From contig OZ024755.1 in assembly GCA_964016885.1 (NCBI GenBank), positions 36,642,001-36,706,000 on the forward strand: DNA of 64,000 bases. The letters run 5' to 3'. Source of the DNA: Eledone cirrhosa (Eukaryota). Made by a program: the position numbers and the translations under genes. The notes under the pieces are model-generated. The model was not told the DNA's origin. It was given only the letters and a program-made list of their open reading frames with translations, and ran no database searches. Shown here piece by piece: positions 47,801-57,507 of this stretch (position 1 is the stretch's first letter; each line of letters starts with the position of its first letter).

Positions 47801-50800
47801 TGTTAAGGTATTGTTCTCAAAATAAATAATATCAAAATCTCATAGATTAGATATGTGAGGCAATTATGTGAAGTAAAGCTTTTACCATGAAAATATAATA
47901 GTATATATAGAGTAATGTAAATGTTAAAGGGTTAAATGATGAAATCAGAGATAAGCACTATCTCAGAAGATTATGGAGGTTTATGAAAAGACAGTTTTGA
48001 CATCTGACAATGGGAGACTTGTATACAATATATATTTGACCCCAAGAAGAGTAGAACATATCTCTACATAATAGACTGTTATACAATGTATATTATATCA
48101 TAAGAATACTAGAATATCACTCTACATACATGACAACAGAGTTCTTGTAAATTTTAGTGCTACTGCTTGTTTATGGCTCTATCACTTGGACGCTAACGTC
48201 GAAACTGGAGAAAAAGCTAGACAGGGCATACACACGTATGCTCCGTGCTGCTTTAAACGTGTCTTGGAGGGAACACCCAACAAATAAGGATCTCTATGGC
48301 AATATACCACCTATCAGCAGGTCAATACATGGACAGAGACTCAGATTTGCTGGCCACTGTTGGCGCAGCAAGGAAGAAATAGCAGGTGATGTGTTGTTAT
48401 GGAGTCCATCTCATGGAGCAAGAAACGCTGGTCGTCCCAAGAAGACATACGTCAAGCAACTTGAGGACGATACTGGATGCACTGCGGAAGAACTGGCAAA
48501 CGCTATGAGAGACAGAGATGGATGGAGGAAATGTGTCGTAGAAAGCCGAGCAAGCTCGACCTGATGATGATGTCTGCTGCTTAGAATGGCAGGGTGTTCT
48601 GAACTTGTGGTATCTATTTACAGCTAGGTGGACTGTGGCATTTGAGAGCTGTGTCTGGCAGGGTGTTCTAAACTTGTGGTATCTATTTACAGCTAGGTGG
48701 ACTGTGCCATTTGAGAGCTGTGTCTGGCAGGGTGTTCTGAACTTGTGGTATCTATTTACAGCTAGGTAGACTGTGGCATTTGAGAGCTGTGTCTGGCAGG
48801 GTGTTCTGAACTTGTGGTATCTATTTACAGCTAGGTAGACTGTGGCATTTGAGAGCTGTGTCTGGCAGGGTGTTCTGAACTTGTGGTATCTATTTACAGC
48901 TAGGTGGACTGTGCCATTTGAGAGCTGTGTCTGGCAGGGTGTTCTGAACTTGTGGTATCTATTTACAGCTAGGTGGACTCTGTGTAGTGAGCAAATGGGG
49001 TCTTCCCCCGTGCTGGTCACCCCACAGCTCCGGTGGACAGAATGGAGAAGGCGTTTCCCCGGAGGATGGTAAGGGAGATGCGCTGGAAGAGCCATTCCAT
49101 CTCGCGAGGCTCACACCGGCGGCTGGCCAGGTGAGTAGGGAGGTAGCCCTACGGCCAAGGACATCAGAAGTCTTCACTGCCAAGGGCACAACCGCAAACC
49201 TGTCGGAGAGTGACTGGTACTTGGAGAGTTTGGCCTCCTCAGCCCGAAGTGCAACAGAACCTTGGTTAGTAGCAGATAGTATCAGCAACAGAAAAATCAA
49301 TCACTTGATTCCTTGGTTTGATCTGATGATCAACTCCTTTCCTTTTTCTTTACAGTAATAACAGTTTCTGATTTAGGCACAAGGCCAATACATTTTTTTG
49401 AGGGAGAAGAGAGTCGATTATATCAACCACAGTACATTAGTGGTGATTTATTTTATTGACCCTATAAGGATAAAAGGCAAAGCTAACCTTGGCAGGATTT
49501 GAACTCAGAACATAAAGGGCCATAACTATGCCACAAAGCATGTTGTTGAACACCCTACTGATACTGTCAAATAACAGCAACAATAATGTTTCCTTCTATT
49601 TGATGGAAACAAGTTTAGAGTTACTCTCACTGTTGACAGCAAAAGGTTTCTTCCTACGTACAAAAGGACACCTGTATGATACCTCTGTGTGAAGTGCAAT
49701 AATGCATGGCAGTGAAACATGTTCAGAAACTGCAGAAGACATGCGTAGATTGGAAAGAAATGAAGCAGCCATGCTTCATTGGGTGTGCAATGTAAATGAG
49801 AGAGAAAGACAGCGCTTGGATGAACTGAAGGAGAAACTGGGTTTAAGAGGAATCCAAAGTTGTGTGCAAGAGAGAAGACTGCGTTGATACAGACATGTGA
49901 TGTGCGTGGATGATGATTATTGGGTGAAGAAGTGCTAAGAAATCCCAGTGGAGGGAGGCCACGGTAGAGGCAGACCAAGGAAAACCTGGGCAGATGTGGT
50001 GTGAGCTGACCTCAGATCATTGAGACTGACAGAAGAGATGATGAAGGAATGTGGTGAGTGGAGAGGTGCTATGCTGATAAGGACCCATCCAACCCAAATG
50101 GATATGATGATGATGATGAGAGAATAAGTGCAAAACATGAGAATGTTGTGAATGAAACTGAAATTGATAACTGAGCTGATGATTCTATTCGAAAATGGCT
50201 TGCCACTGCATTAACATTTTATTACACAATATAAAAGAATAAAAAAATTAGCAAGATTAGCTGAACACTCACCTGGTATTTGCCAAGGTGATAGAGGGCT
50301 GCAGATCGATTGGAATAACAAAGAGTAAGTTCACTTGAAGTTAATGGGGCCAATGTTAAGCCCTAAAAGAGAAAGAAATGGAAAACACATTTGAATAACA
50401 AGAAGCAAATACATTGAAATAAAATTGTGCTAATGCTAAACATATATATATATATATATATGGTCCCGTAACTCCTTTAGAGTCGAAGGGACACTGTATT
50501 GACATACAATGTTTCTTGGGTTTTTTAAGCCTGGCGGAGCTCATCCCTCTCCAAGTCATTTTTAATAGTTGGAAAGAGTAGATTGGCAGAATTATTAATG
50601 TCAGACAAAAGGCTTGGCATTATTAGTTCTAGTATCATTTAGAGCGTTGGACATTATGCTTTGCAGCAATTACGGCCCTTTACATTGAGTTCAAATACCG
50701 CGGAGGTTAGCTTTGCCTTTTATCATTACGGGTTCAATAAAATAAAGCACCAGTAACATACTGGGGTTGATTTAATCAACTTTCTCCTCCCACCTGAACT

Positions 50801-53800
50801 GTTGGCCTTGTGCCTAAATCAGAAACCATTATTTGTCATTCACTTTACACTCAACTTTGCCTATCATCCTTCTGGGGTGAATAAAATAAAATATGTCATG
50901 TATTCCTACTATTTGAAGGCTAAGATCTTTGATACTTACATACTACCAGTTGTGTTATATGGTCTTGAACCACATCATGAGACTTATGACAGGCAAGGAG
51001 CTCAGCGACCGTATCTGTATCAGTGAGCTGCTCAGCATTGCCTAACTTAGACCAGTTACATCAATTGTCAAGTCAAGAGTACTCAAACTATACGGCCATA
51101 TAAAAAGATCAACTCGTGGTGTGAGTAGGTTATGCCTGGAAGGAAGGTTGGCTGGTAAGAGAAGCAGAGGCTGACAGCCAAAACGATGGCTTGACAATGT
51201 CAACTTATGAACTGGACTTGATCTTTGCTCTTTAAACTCTGCTGTTGGTGATCAAACTTTGTGGAGAGAGATATCACATGTTGATGTACAGTCTGTAACT
51301 GGGGAAGTTTAGCGTCACAAGAAGAATGTATTGGGTTAAGTTAATCAACTACACCTACCTCACATCAAATTGCTGACCTTGTGCTTATGTTAGAAATTTT
51401 TATTACTAAAACAAAAGAATTCAACTAACTTTAGTGTAATGTTCGAGAGCCACAGCAAAGTTTTTCCTCTGAAATGCTTTATTGCCATTTTGTCGAGCAG
51501 CAATCGATTTTTGGTCAGATTTCAGGTGTAATTTACTTGAATTCTCCAAGTAGGCAGAGACCCAAGGAACTTTTCTGAAATATAAAGACATTAACAACTA
51601 AACAAAAACCTCAACAATGGGGACCTTAATCACCAGCAACATACTTTCACAGAAACCATGCCAAATATTTAATGCAGACCTGCCAACCTCTAGAAACCCA
51701 AACGGGCAGTACCATGAAAAAAGTGCCTGAAAACGTGGAGAATGAAGCAAAATGGGGAGATTTTACATAATGAAAGCTATACCCATTTTCACAAGAGAAG
51801 ACATCTCTCACCCACCCCAAAGTGGGTGGGAGATCTCCCCGTCAGACTGGGAGAGTTGACAGGTCTGCATTCTATCCGATGTTCTAACGATTCTGCCAAT
51901 TCGCGGCCTATTACTTTTACAGAAACGCTTGTGCCTTCCCATTTTCATTTATATCGCTTTATCAATAGTAAATTGTTCAGAGATTAAATAAATCATATCA
52001 TTTGAATGAAAACGATAGGTAAATTAATGCTAACAAATTTCAGGTATGGAACTTTAAATATGTTGTTTAGAGAATGCTTCTCATGATTTTACATAATGAA
52101 AGCTATACCCATTTTAACAAGAGAAGACATCTCTCACCCACTCCAAAGTGGGCAGGAGATCTCCCTGTCCGACAGGTCTGTTAATGTATGAGCAAGATAT
52201 AGTCATACAGTTAGTTGTGTCATGATAGGTACTGGGTAGATGGTGATGTTGCCTGGCCAACAGGGTTCTGTGCTTAAGCACAATGGTAAATCCAGATTAG
52301 GCATCTTTCAGTCTTATATTTTACAACCTTCCCTCTTCCTGGATTGGTAATAATGGTAGTAGAGTGTTTATTCTTATACTTTCTTCTACAAGTAATATAA
52401 AGAGGCTAGTGCTAGCCAAGAACTTCCACGTGGTTTCTTGACATGTTAGAAATAGTAGCCAAACCCCCCTCGAAATACATTTTACCGTCTTTTTAAAAAC
52501 GCAAGGCACATTAGTTAATGTACTTAATGTAGATACACTGTTGAATAAGAGATGACTTTGATCATAGACAATTACCAATTCATGAAAAGAGATGAGCCTA
52601 TGTGGGTCAGTTGTAATGAGCCTACAATTTTGAGAGGGCCTACTCCATCAGTTACAAGCAAAGGAAAGACTCTTTGATAAAAAATCTTCATAAATCGTTC
52701 TATTATTTGTAAGTACACTGTAAAAACTACATGTATATAACCGAAATTCATGCAGAAATCACATTTATTATTAAAACACTTCAGGAGCAGGTTGAAATGG
52801 GCCCTACATTTCACAACTGGTCTGAACCTATTATCAACTTTGCACGGTCCTAATTATTATTCTTTTGCTGCTTTCAGTCATTAAATTGCAGCCATGCTGG
52901 GGCACCACCGTGAAGAGATTTGGTCGTCCGTATCGACCACAGTATTTATTTTTTCAAGCATGGTACATATTTGGGTAAAAAAAAAGAGGAAGAGGCTATG
53001 TAGCCGGTAAGAGTGTTAGACACACGTGCCCGAGTTAAGACAATTTGAAATCCACCATCAATTGTTAAGAAACAAGTTAAAATCATTTAGTCGTCCGTTC
53101 GTAACGTACGTTACACTTTAGTTACATACACACACATCTACACGTAAATACATAAACAGATACAGACAACAGAAGGAAGGGCTGGTGAAACGCTATAGCG
53201 ATGTGTGTTGCGTCCCTTTAGGGTTTACCGGCTACATAGCCTATTCGAATTATATATTTACACTGGTCTCCGAGGTGGCCGTAATAGTAAAAATGTTTTG
53301 ATTATCAGGGTAGTTAGTTGTTAGGTTTCGTTACAATTTTTAAGGTGAAATTTATGTATTTTCTCTGATTTTTGATGTTATACACAAACATAAACTTCAG
53401 AATATTCGTAAAGTACTCGTTTTTTTTTTTGTCGTTCACCTTACCCGCCGAAAACTCCGCAACTGGTCTCTAGACATAAACACACACATATTGACGGGTT
53501 TCTACATAGGTTCTGTTTACCTATTTTAATTCACAAGGCATTGTCCAACTCGAGTCTAATGTATTCATGGTGTCACACAGTAGGAGTGAACGTGAAACTA
53601 CATGATTGCGAAGCGAATTCCTTAACCACACATTTCTGGGCAATTACTATGTTGAGAAAAAGCAAACCGGGAGATTTAGTTGTTAAAATAATGGTGTCTA
53701 TTATATACAATAAACATAAAAATAAGCACAAATAAAGAATCAGTTTATTGTGAGATATGAAATCCTCAAATATATCTATAATGTTAATTAAGTTTTCTCT

Positions 53801-54004
53801 TTACAGCGAAACCCCAATTATTTAGTAAATGATGAATTAAATTAGTATGAAAGAAAGAACGTACAAGATAACATTTTTCTTCAGAATAAAATCAATCCTA
53901 CTCTGATTAGTAGTGAGTGTTCGGAAATATTCTAGTGAACCATCTTTGTTGAATTCTTCAAATATATCTTCCAAAACAACCTGCCAGTTACCTATGTTCG
54001 CCAT
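24525..54004 (-). CDS. SMYD4: SET and MYND domain-containing protein 4-like lysine methyltransferase, 17 coding exons, about 748 aa
   Basis: Hand-spliced exons, all with GT-AG borders and matching phases: 54004-53865, 51574-51430, 50362-50273, 46781-46655, 45269-45210, 44318-44267, 42733-42571, 40143-40019, 39829-39724, 37793-37733, 35749-35598, 31199-30862, 30110-30037, 29292-29174, 27683-27551, 25073-24960, 24772-24525 (2247 nt). Motifs: N-terminal TPR (GNKAF, YSNRSAAL), SET-N (VGRHLQA..IKAGDVLIVEKP), MYND, NHSC, GKEIFSCYG, post-SET CHCEAC. N-terminal TPRs on a SMYD scaffold point to SMYD4. Confidence 0.92.
24960..25073 (-). CDS. SMYD4: SMYD4 exon 16 (..DYGEVQDCIARCLTSLG)
   Basis: TTTCCAG acceptor, GTGAGT donor; C-terminal helical domain. 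Confidence 0.9.
25418..26380 (-). mobile_element. Two RTE family A 3' fragments interleaved with SINEs
   Basis: 25418-25615 and 25948-26380 match family A; Nin-domain SINEs at 25622-25936. Confidence 0.8.
26420..26770 (-). mobile_element. RTE LINE AP-endonuclease fragment with stops
   Basis: GFYDVH*VFGLGIINEERSRLLKFCDANGLMICNAN..GHLITYQS..IDVIL. Confidence 0.75.
26792..26959 (+). mobile_element. tRNA-derived Nin-domain SINE
   Basis: A and B boxes plus central domain. Confidence 0.85.
26978..27090 (+). mobile_element. Fold-back pLTR relic (23-bp arms 26978-27000/27011-27033)
   Basis: Inverted arms visible; homologous to 38460-38550; ends in a CA/TA run. Confidence 0.55.
27551..27683 (-). 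CDS. SMYD4: SMYD4 exon 15 (DEECFQCLSQLAC..LLESSNIE)
   Basis: TTTAG acceptor, GTAAGT donor; phases 0/1 fit neighbours. Confidence 0.82.
27870..28595 (-). mobile_element. Same SINE-like family with about 12 internal 47-49-bp units
   Basis: Reverse complement of the same architecture. Confidence 0.8.
28772..29085. repeat. (GGT)n/(GAT) trinucleotide tract in SMYD4 intron 14
   Basis: Directly visible. Confidence 0.95.
29174..29292 (-). CDS. SMYD4: SMYD4 exon 14 (PHSFRMDFLERQQILKDQYFFTCHCEAC, post-SET)
   Basis: TAG acceptor, GTATAT donor; RQxxLxxQYFFxCxCxxC motif. Confidence 0.93.
29520..29931. mobile_element. piggyBac-type MITE (opposite orientation) with nested CR1/L2 3' fragment at about 29545-29760
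   Basis: TTAA-CCCTTTAGCATTTA ... TAAATGCTAAATGG-TTAA; interior matches 35920-36141. Confidence 0.7.
30037..30110 (-). CDS. SMYD4: SMYD4 exon 13 (SFQKDSLIVRSVRDITKGKEIFSCYG)
   Basis: TTTTTAG acceptor, GT donor; SET-C GxEIxxxY motif. Confidence 0.93.
30195..30670 (+). mobile_element. Interspersed repeat, probably a LINE 5' UTR; inverted relative copy at 6925-7205
   Basis: GTGCTACTGGTAACATGTA..CCAGTACAACCTGTC..TTGGTGAGGAGGGTGA shared with the reverse complement of 6925-7165. Confidence 0.55.
30862..31199 (-). CDS. SMYD4: SMYD4 exon 12 (..QLICNAHAI..VATALYPTSSLLNHSCQP, core SET)
   Basis: TTTTTTGCCAG acceptor, GT donor; NHSC signature. Confidence 0.95.
31180..31589. repeat. 135-bp tandem triplication spanning the intron 11/exon 12 junction
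   Basis: GAAGCAAGAGAGCAGCAGTCTGGC starts at 31181, 31316 and 31451. Confidence 0.95.
31665..32862. repeat. ATATACACATCAAC-based low-complexity minisatellite
   Basis: Directly visible. Confidence 0.95.
32865..33051 (+). mobile_element. tRNA-derived Nin-domain SINE, full length
   Basis: GGGCGGTGGATTGGCAGTATC..GAGTTCAAATCCCGCC..AAAGTAGAAACAATT. Confidence 0.85.
33545..33865 (-). mobile_element. RTE LINE 3' fragment (family B)
   Basis: ELSEKLGIRGIRCCLLERRLRWYGHVMRM..GRPRKT. Confidence 0.8.
34330..35500. repeat. Long inverted duplication, arms about 575 bp, 18-nt loop
   Basis: Left arm ends at 34907 and right arm starts at 34926; includes unique DNA and a SINE. Confidence 0.95.
35598..35749 (-). 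CDS. SMYD4: SMYD4 exon 11 (..NYFSVYKLITHSSDFAVDDQLQYTL)
   Basis: TAG acceptor, GTAAGC donor; YxxVYxLxxH SET-I motif. Confidence 0.9.
35920..36141. mobile_element. piggyBac-type MITE
   Basis: TTAA on both sides; TIR CCCTTTA(A/G)CATTTA; further copies at 29520-29931 and 47716-47931. Confidence 0.75.
36450..36905 (-). mobile_element. Same SINE-like family, longer copy with only about 2 units
   Basis: (CAT)n tail, core, and upstream part shared with 33340-33545. Confidence 0.75.
37733..37793 (-). CDS. SMYD4: SMYD4 exon 10 (IGIAHLSLRVVLVTGLQVLI)
   Basis: Long polypyrimidine tract plus CAG, GTGAGA donor; GIAHLxLR SET-I motif. Confidence 0.9.
37881..38039. repeat. Nested palindrome: 42-bp loopless inner arms plus 26-bp outer arms
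   Basis: 37917-37958/37959-38000 and 37881-37906/38014-38039. Confidence 0.95.
38458..38760 (-). mobile_element. PLE-type pLTR relic with degenerate hammerhead; related copy at 26978-27090
   Basis: Shares AATATAGAAATGGCTT and TATTGAGTA blocks with 26978-27090; ends in (TA)n; 5' boundary approximate. Confidence 0.55.
38534..38586 (-). ncRNA. Degenerate hammerhead ribozyme
   Basis: TGGCTTC-CTGATGA-tttctcccaaat-GAAAC-cgttctagtcct-GCA/GAAGCCA; 7-bp stem I, but GCA instead of GUH at the cleavage site. Confidence 0.55.
39724..39829 (-). CDS. SMYD4: SMYD4 exon 9 (CQRCCNVLYCSHKCRVKDWASSHYVEC, MYND finger)
   Basis: TTTTTGCCAG acceptor, GTAAGT donor; CxxC, YCSxxC, W, HxxxC pattern. Confidence 0.93.
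40019..40143 (-). CDS. SMYD4: SMYD4 exon 8 (AKHPIKAGDVLIVEKPYAAVLLPDYYLCHCNNCF..)
   Basis: TTTCAG acceptor, GTAAGT donor; SET-N and first MYND cysteines. Confidence 0.93.
40235..41700 (-). mobile_element. RTE/BovB-like RT fragment interrupted by a plus-strand RTE family B 3' end (41025-41337)
   Basis: DSVPRTAMWK..FGCP..GLKQG, ADDD-like motif, INIKKTK-like motif, YKDQLK; insert encodes QERRLRWYGHV..GRPQK with a (GAT)n tail. Confidence 0.8.
41733..42120 (-). mobile_element. Tandem pair of Nin-domain SINEs
   Basis: Two full copies separated by (TAA)n. Confidence 0.85.
42571..42733 (-). CDS. SMYD4: SMYD4 exon 7 (..YGTNSIISGASSAVELCSNSSVGRHLQ, start of SET-N)
   Basis: TAG acceptor, GTAAGT donor, ASSAVEL..GRHL motif. 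Confidence 0.92.
42957..43463 (+). mobile_element. Same SINE-like family with 7 internal about 48-bp units
   Basis: Array, core and (GAT)n tail. Confidence 0.8.
43730..44065 (+). mobile_element. Same SINE-like family, 2 units
   Basis: Core and (GAT)n tail. Confidence 0.75.
44267..44318 (-). CDS. SMYD4: SMYD4 exon 6 (ESLLSDFQNWLKKVETKI)
   Basis: Strong polypyrimidine tract plus CAG, GTAAGC donor; phase 1 to 2 is needed to join exon 7. Confidence 0.8.
44575..45020 (-). mobile_element. CR1/L2-clade LINE 3' end
   Basis: SNTRGH..RKHFF..RVAEAWNKLPASVV on the minus strand. Confidence 0.75.
45210..45269 (-). CDS. SMYD4: SMYD4 exon 5 (ELNDGKNHLQQRTEDDPKK)
   Basis: AG acceptor and GTAACT donor, phase 1/1, open frame; low-conservation linker. 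Confidence 0.65.
45370..45707. repeat. (CCA)n-type trinucleotide tract in SMYD4 intron 4
   Basis: Directly visible. Confidence 0.95.
45965..46531 (-). mobile_element. Three tandem Nin-domain SINEs
   Basis: Three copies separated by GGAAAATAATGTAG-type spacers. Confidence 0.85.
46655..46781 (-). CDS. SMYD4: SMYD4 exon 4 (ACIANIEEV...RKAQCLFHLQYYKEANA)
   Basis: CAG acceptor, GT donor, TPR-like RKAQCL motif, phases 0/1. Confidence 0.88.
47716..47931. mobile_element. piggyBac-type MITE copy
   Basis: Close match to 35920-36141; ends AAAGGG-TTAA. Confidence 0.7.
48157..48572 (+). mobile_element. RTE-like LINE 3' end
   Basis: YGSITWTLT..RMLRAALNVSW..RLRFAGHCWR..GRPKKTY; (TGA)n tail. Confidence 0.85.
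48587..48979. repeat. 69-bp tandem repeat, about 5.7 copies
   Basis: TGGCAGGGTGTTCTGAACTTG.. recurring every 69 bp. Confidence 0.95.
48982..49262 (-). mobile_element. CRE-like non-LTR element 3' fragment
   Basis: ALRAEEAKLSKYQSLSDRFAVVPLAVKTS; matches 18713-19000. Confidence 0.75.
49690..50119 (+). mobile_element. RTE LINE 3' end (family B)
   Basis: HGSET..RRLERNE..QERRLR; (GAT)n tail. Confidence 0.8.
50273..50362 (-). CDS. SMYD4: SMYD4 exon 3 (GLTLAPLTSSELTLCYSNRSAALYHLGKYQ, TPR)
   Basis: Polypyrimidine tract plus TAG acceptor, GTGAGT donor, YSNRSAA TPR motif. Confidence 0.92.
50908..51326 (+). mobile_element. RTE LINE 3' end (family A)
   Basis: Reverse complement of the family A copies; AAGAAGAA tail. 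Confidence 0.8.
51430..51574 (-). CDS. SMYD4: SMYD4 exon 2 (KSDQKSIAARQNGNKAFQRKNFAVALEHYTK, TPR)
   Basis: TTTCAG acceptor, GTTAGT donor, TPR helix motif. Confidence 0.9.
52989..53246. mobile_element. Non-autonomous element with 18-bp perfect inverted repeats (MITE or Helentron/DINE-like)
   Basis: AGGCTATGTAGCCGGTAA at 52993 and its reverse complement ending at 53242; internal CA/CAGA repeats and small palindromes; no TSD seen. Confidence 0.6.
53865..54004 (-). CDS. SMYD4: SMYD4 coding exon 1 (MANIGNWQVVLEDIFEEF...KKNVIL)
   Basis: AAAATGGCG start context; GTACGT donor; phase 2 joins exon 2 in frame. Confidence 0.8.
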
Positions 54005-54454
54005 TTTACCGGTGTTAAGCAAATTAGATTCCTTGTGAATATTTCTATGTATAGGAGACGGATGTGTTAAGACACGGTGTTATTACTGTTGTTTAACTCC
54101 AAGTTAACCTCCTCCCATTCTGCAAGCCCACGATAAAAAATGTTCCAGTTGTGACCATTTTATCATTTTGTATATGAAGGACTATATTGTCTGATGTGTC
54201 CATGTTAGAAACAGTAAGATGTGATTGGGGAAGGGGATTATTTGACTGCTATTTTTAGCAGAGCAAACATCTTTGTTGGTTTTTTTTATTGTACAGTTTT
54301 GAGTACATCAGCTAAAATACCCCTTCTGAGTTAAACTCTTTTTAGTATTCCGATTAAATAACAAATTAAATAGCAACCTGAAATCCTTTTCATTTTTTTC
54401 GTTCCTAAAATACTTCCCATCCCTTCCTTAGTTCATACAAGATGGAAGGGTCGA

Positions 54455-54612
54455 TAGTGTAAACATACACACACATGTACACCAGGTCCGAACACAGAGG
54501 AGTCGAACTCACACTGTCATCGCTTCCGTCTCTCACGCCCTCCCCATCTCGCACTATTATGAACAAATGAGGTCCTACGCGCTGACCACCCCACGACCCG
54601 GGCGGACAGGTC
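54455..54612 (-). mobile_element. CRE-like 3' UTR fragment
   Basis: Reverse complement matches 18945-19100. Confidence 0.65.
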
Positions 54613-55054
54613 AAACCACTCTGAGCCGTCCAGGACAGCTTTACACCCACTAGACGTTCTTATGTTTGTGTTCAACTCAGTGACTCGTTTTGGATATAAT
54701 TCAGCTCGTTTATGATTTATTCAACAAGTTTCAATTTACAGTAGAATAACATAGCAAATATGTTTTAAATATATACATAAATAACATTACAAATGCTTAG
54801 ATAACATTATAAATTGCTCGCGATTCTTTCAGAAGGAAAATGTTTGCAAGAAAGAAAAATATTAACGAAAATAAGGGGAAGCAGAGAGAGCTGCAGATTC
54901 TACACTTCAGGGAAGGAGGTATATCTCAGCTGTGCCCTGCCGACAAAATGGAAAAGTTATTGCTGCGGAGAACAGCCAGCGACACCCGCTTCATCACACA
55001 CTTCATCCCATTGTGAAAGTTATGCCTGATAAATAATTATTTCGAACATTAACA

Positions 55055-55403
55055 CAAAGTCAGCAATTTTATTTTATCGACCCCAGAAGGACGAAAGGCA
55101 AAGTTAACCCCCCATGGAGTTGAAATCAGAACGTAGAAAGTCCTAACTAAATACCACAAAGCATTTAGTCCGATGTTCTACCGACCCAGCCCGTTATCCA
55201 CTCTCATGCCTGATAAATAATTGTTTTTACTTTTGGCACAAGGCCAGCAATTATCCCAGTGCATTACTGGTACTTTATTTTATCGACCCCGTAAGGATGA
55301 AAGGCAAAGTTAACCTCGGCAGAATTTTAACTCAGACCATAAAAGGACATAACTCTATGCTGGAAAGACTGGCGTCCGACCCTCTACTGATACTGCCAAT
55401 CCA
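55055..55403 (-). mobile_element. Two Nin-domain SINE copies (one diverged)
   Basis: Central domain and B box present in both. Confidence 0.75.
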
Positions 55404-55837
55404 TATGGTTCATTTTTATCCACATACTAGACCGTCGGTTTATCCATCCAGTGACCAAAAACATTTCAGCTTTAATTACTACTTCGATAAGTACAGTGAA
55501 GGCAAAGCTTCGATAAGTAGGTTAGAATATTACGGAAACGTGTAGGAAGTTGTCCCCTATGCTTGCCAATGGCTAATGTCATTTTTTCACTGTATATTTA
55601 TTAGGAACTACCTTTTTAATGCTCACTGCTACCTTAGTTTGTAGTGTAGCAAGGCGGTCCGCAGTGAAATAAAAAGGTGTATAAGAAATCAGAAGGCGTT
55701 TCGACTTCAATACTTTTCCTGTTTCATTTCAGTTATTTTTTTCTTTTCTTAAGATTCTTATTAGATTATTAGATTTATGTTGTCTTTTGTTTTCACCCGG
55801 ACTGTATACTTCCCTGTCTTATATCTATAAGGTCCCA

Positions 55838-56240
55838 TGTGAAACTTCTGGTGTCTTTGGCCCTAGGGCTACCTCCCTACTCACCACCATAGGTTCTGAG
55901 CTGGCCAGCCGCAGGTGTGAGCCTCGCGAGATGGAATAGCTCATCCAGCGCTTCTCCCTTACCACCCCTCGGGGAAACTCCTTCTCCATTCTGTCCGCCG
56001 GGGCTGTGGGGAGGCCAACACTTGGGACCCCATTTGCTCACTATACAGAGAGATGGGGAGGGCGAGAGAGATGGAGAGGGCGAGGGAGAGGGGGAGGGCG
56101 AGAGAGATGGAGATGGCGAGAGTGATGGAGAGGGCGAGGGAGAGTGGGAGGGCGAGAGAGATGGGGAAGGCGAAAGAGATGAGGAGGGTGAGAGAGATGG
56201 AGACGATGATGGCGGGAGTTCGGCTCTTCCGCGTTCGGAC
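55838..56240 (+). mobile_element. CRE-like 3' end with expanded GAGGGC/GAGATG repeats
   Basis: ETSGVFGPRATSLL..RGN; matches 18795-19070. Confidence 0.75.
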
Positions 56241-56307
56241 ATCTTGGAAATTATCATAGCAACCATGTGCAAAATATTGTTAATTATGGTCTCTTTATCA
56301 TCTTTAT

Positions 56308-56660
56308 CACGAGAATGCTGAGGATGGCTCTGGACATTAATCAGTATACACTGAGGATGAAGAACTCAGAGCTGCACAGGAGCCTTCCAAAAGTCAGCTC
56401 AAAAGTGACACAGAGGAGACTGAGGTTAGCTGGACATGCTCACCGACATCTAGAGTTGACACTGCACTCAGTGCTCCTGTGGGAGCCCTTACATGGACAC
56501 ACTGGAAGAGGAAGACCAAGGTTAACGTATGTTGATGCCCTAAGGACAGACACTGGTCTGTTTGAGACGCAGGACATGGCAGCGATAATGAGGGACAGAG
56601 ACTGCTGGAGAGAACTCGCCCATGGATTTTGGGAATTTAACCCGCCCTAGATAGATAGAT
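56308..56660 (+). mobile_element. RTE-like LINE 3' end
   Basis: RMLRMALDI..RRLRLAGHAHRH..GRGRPRLTY; (TAGA)n tail. Confidence 0.8.
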
Positions 56661-57026
56661 ATCATGATAACTATAATGTAATTTCCTGGTTGGGCTCATT
56701 TTATTATTATTTTTTTTATTCTTGGTGGTAGCAACATGAGATTGTTGAGTTGCTGCTAACTCCTGCAGAGGCGTGTAAGAAATCAGGTGTTTTGATTGAA
56801 AACAAACACAAGAATTTATTAGGCAAGCATGACTTATGCAGAATATGTGTGAATGTAACAAATTATGCGTGTGATAAAGATGGTGTTGTGATGTGAGAAC
56901 GAACACCCACAAAGGTGTATGTGAGCAGGTCAGTGGAAAACAATGTCCAAGTCCATGAGTGTTGCAAACATTAGCTTTTAGTTACTCACATTGAAGAAGT
57001 AAAAAGTCCTTGCTTCGAATAAGAAT

Positions 57027-57218
57027 AATTGTTTCTACTTTTGGCACAAGGCCAGCAATTACCCCAGTGTATTACTGGTATTTTATTTTATCGACCCCAT
57101 AAGGATGAAAGGCAAAGTTAACTCATGCGGGATTTGAACTCAGATAATAAAGGGGCGTAACTCTATGCTGCAAAGCATGGCGTCCGACCCTCTACCGATA
57201 CTGTTAATCCACCTCCCT
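57027..57218 (-). mobile_element. Nin-domain SINE
   Basis: Full copy. Confidence 0.85.
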
Positions 57219-57507
57219 TGTATAATAATACAACTGTCAATTAAGAAATATATATCGAAGTAATTATTGTTACAGTTTACAACAACAGTGAATTTCAACG
57301 CTGCCAACTACTAACACTAAGATTAGCAAATTATTCCACACAACTGCATGTAGGTAACGCATAGAAAGCAGTATAATATCCATACAATACTCTGCCCTCC
57401 TGAAGTATTTCTGGAATTCTATCTGAAAATTATGTCTTTCTCTTTATTGAATATCCTAAATTAGAAGATAGGCGGCGAATTGGCAGAGTCGTTAGAACGT
57501 CGGATAG

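Noticed and set aside
51759-52180. About 90-bp direct duplication in intron 1
   Set aside because: Looks like an ordinary local duplication around a SINE fragment; no structure or coding signal seen.
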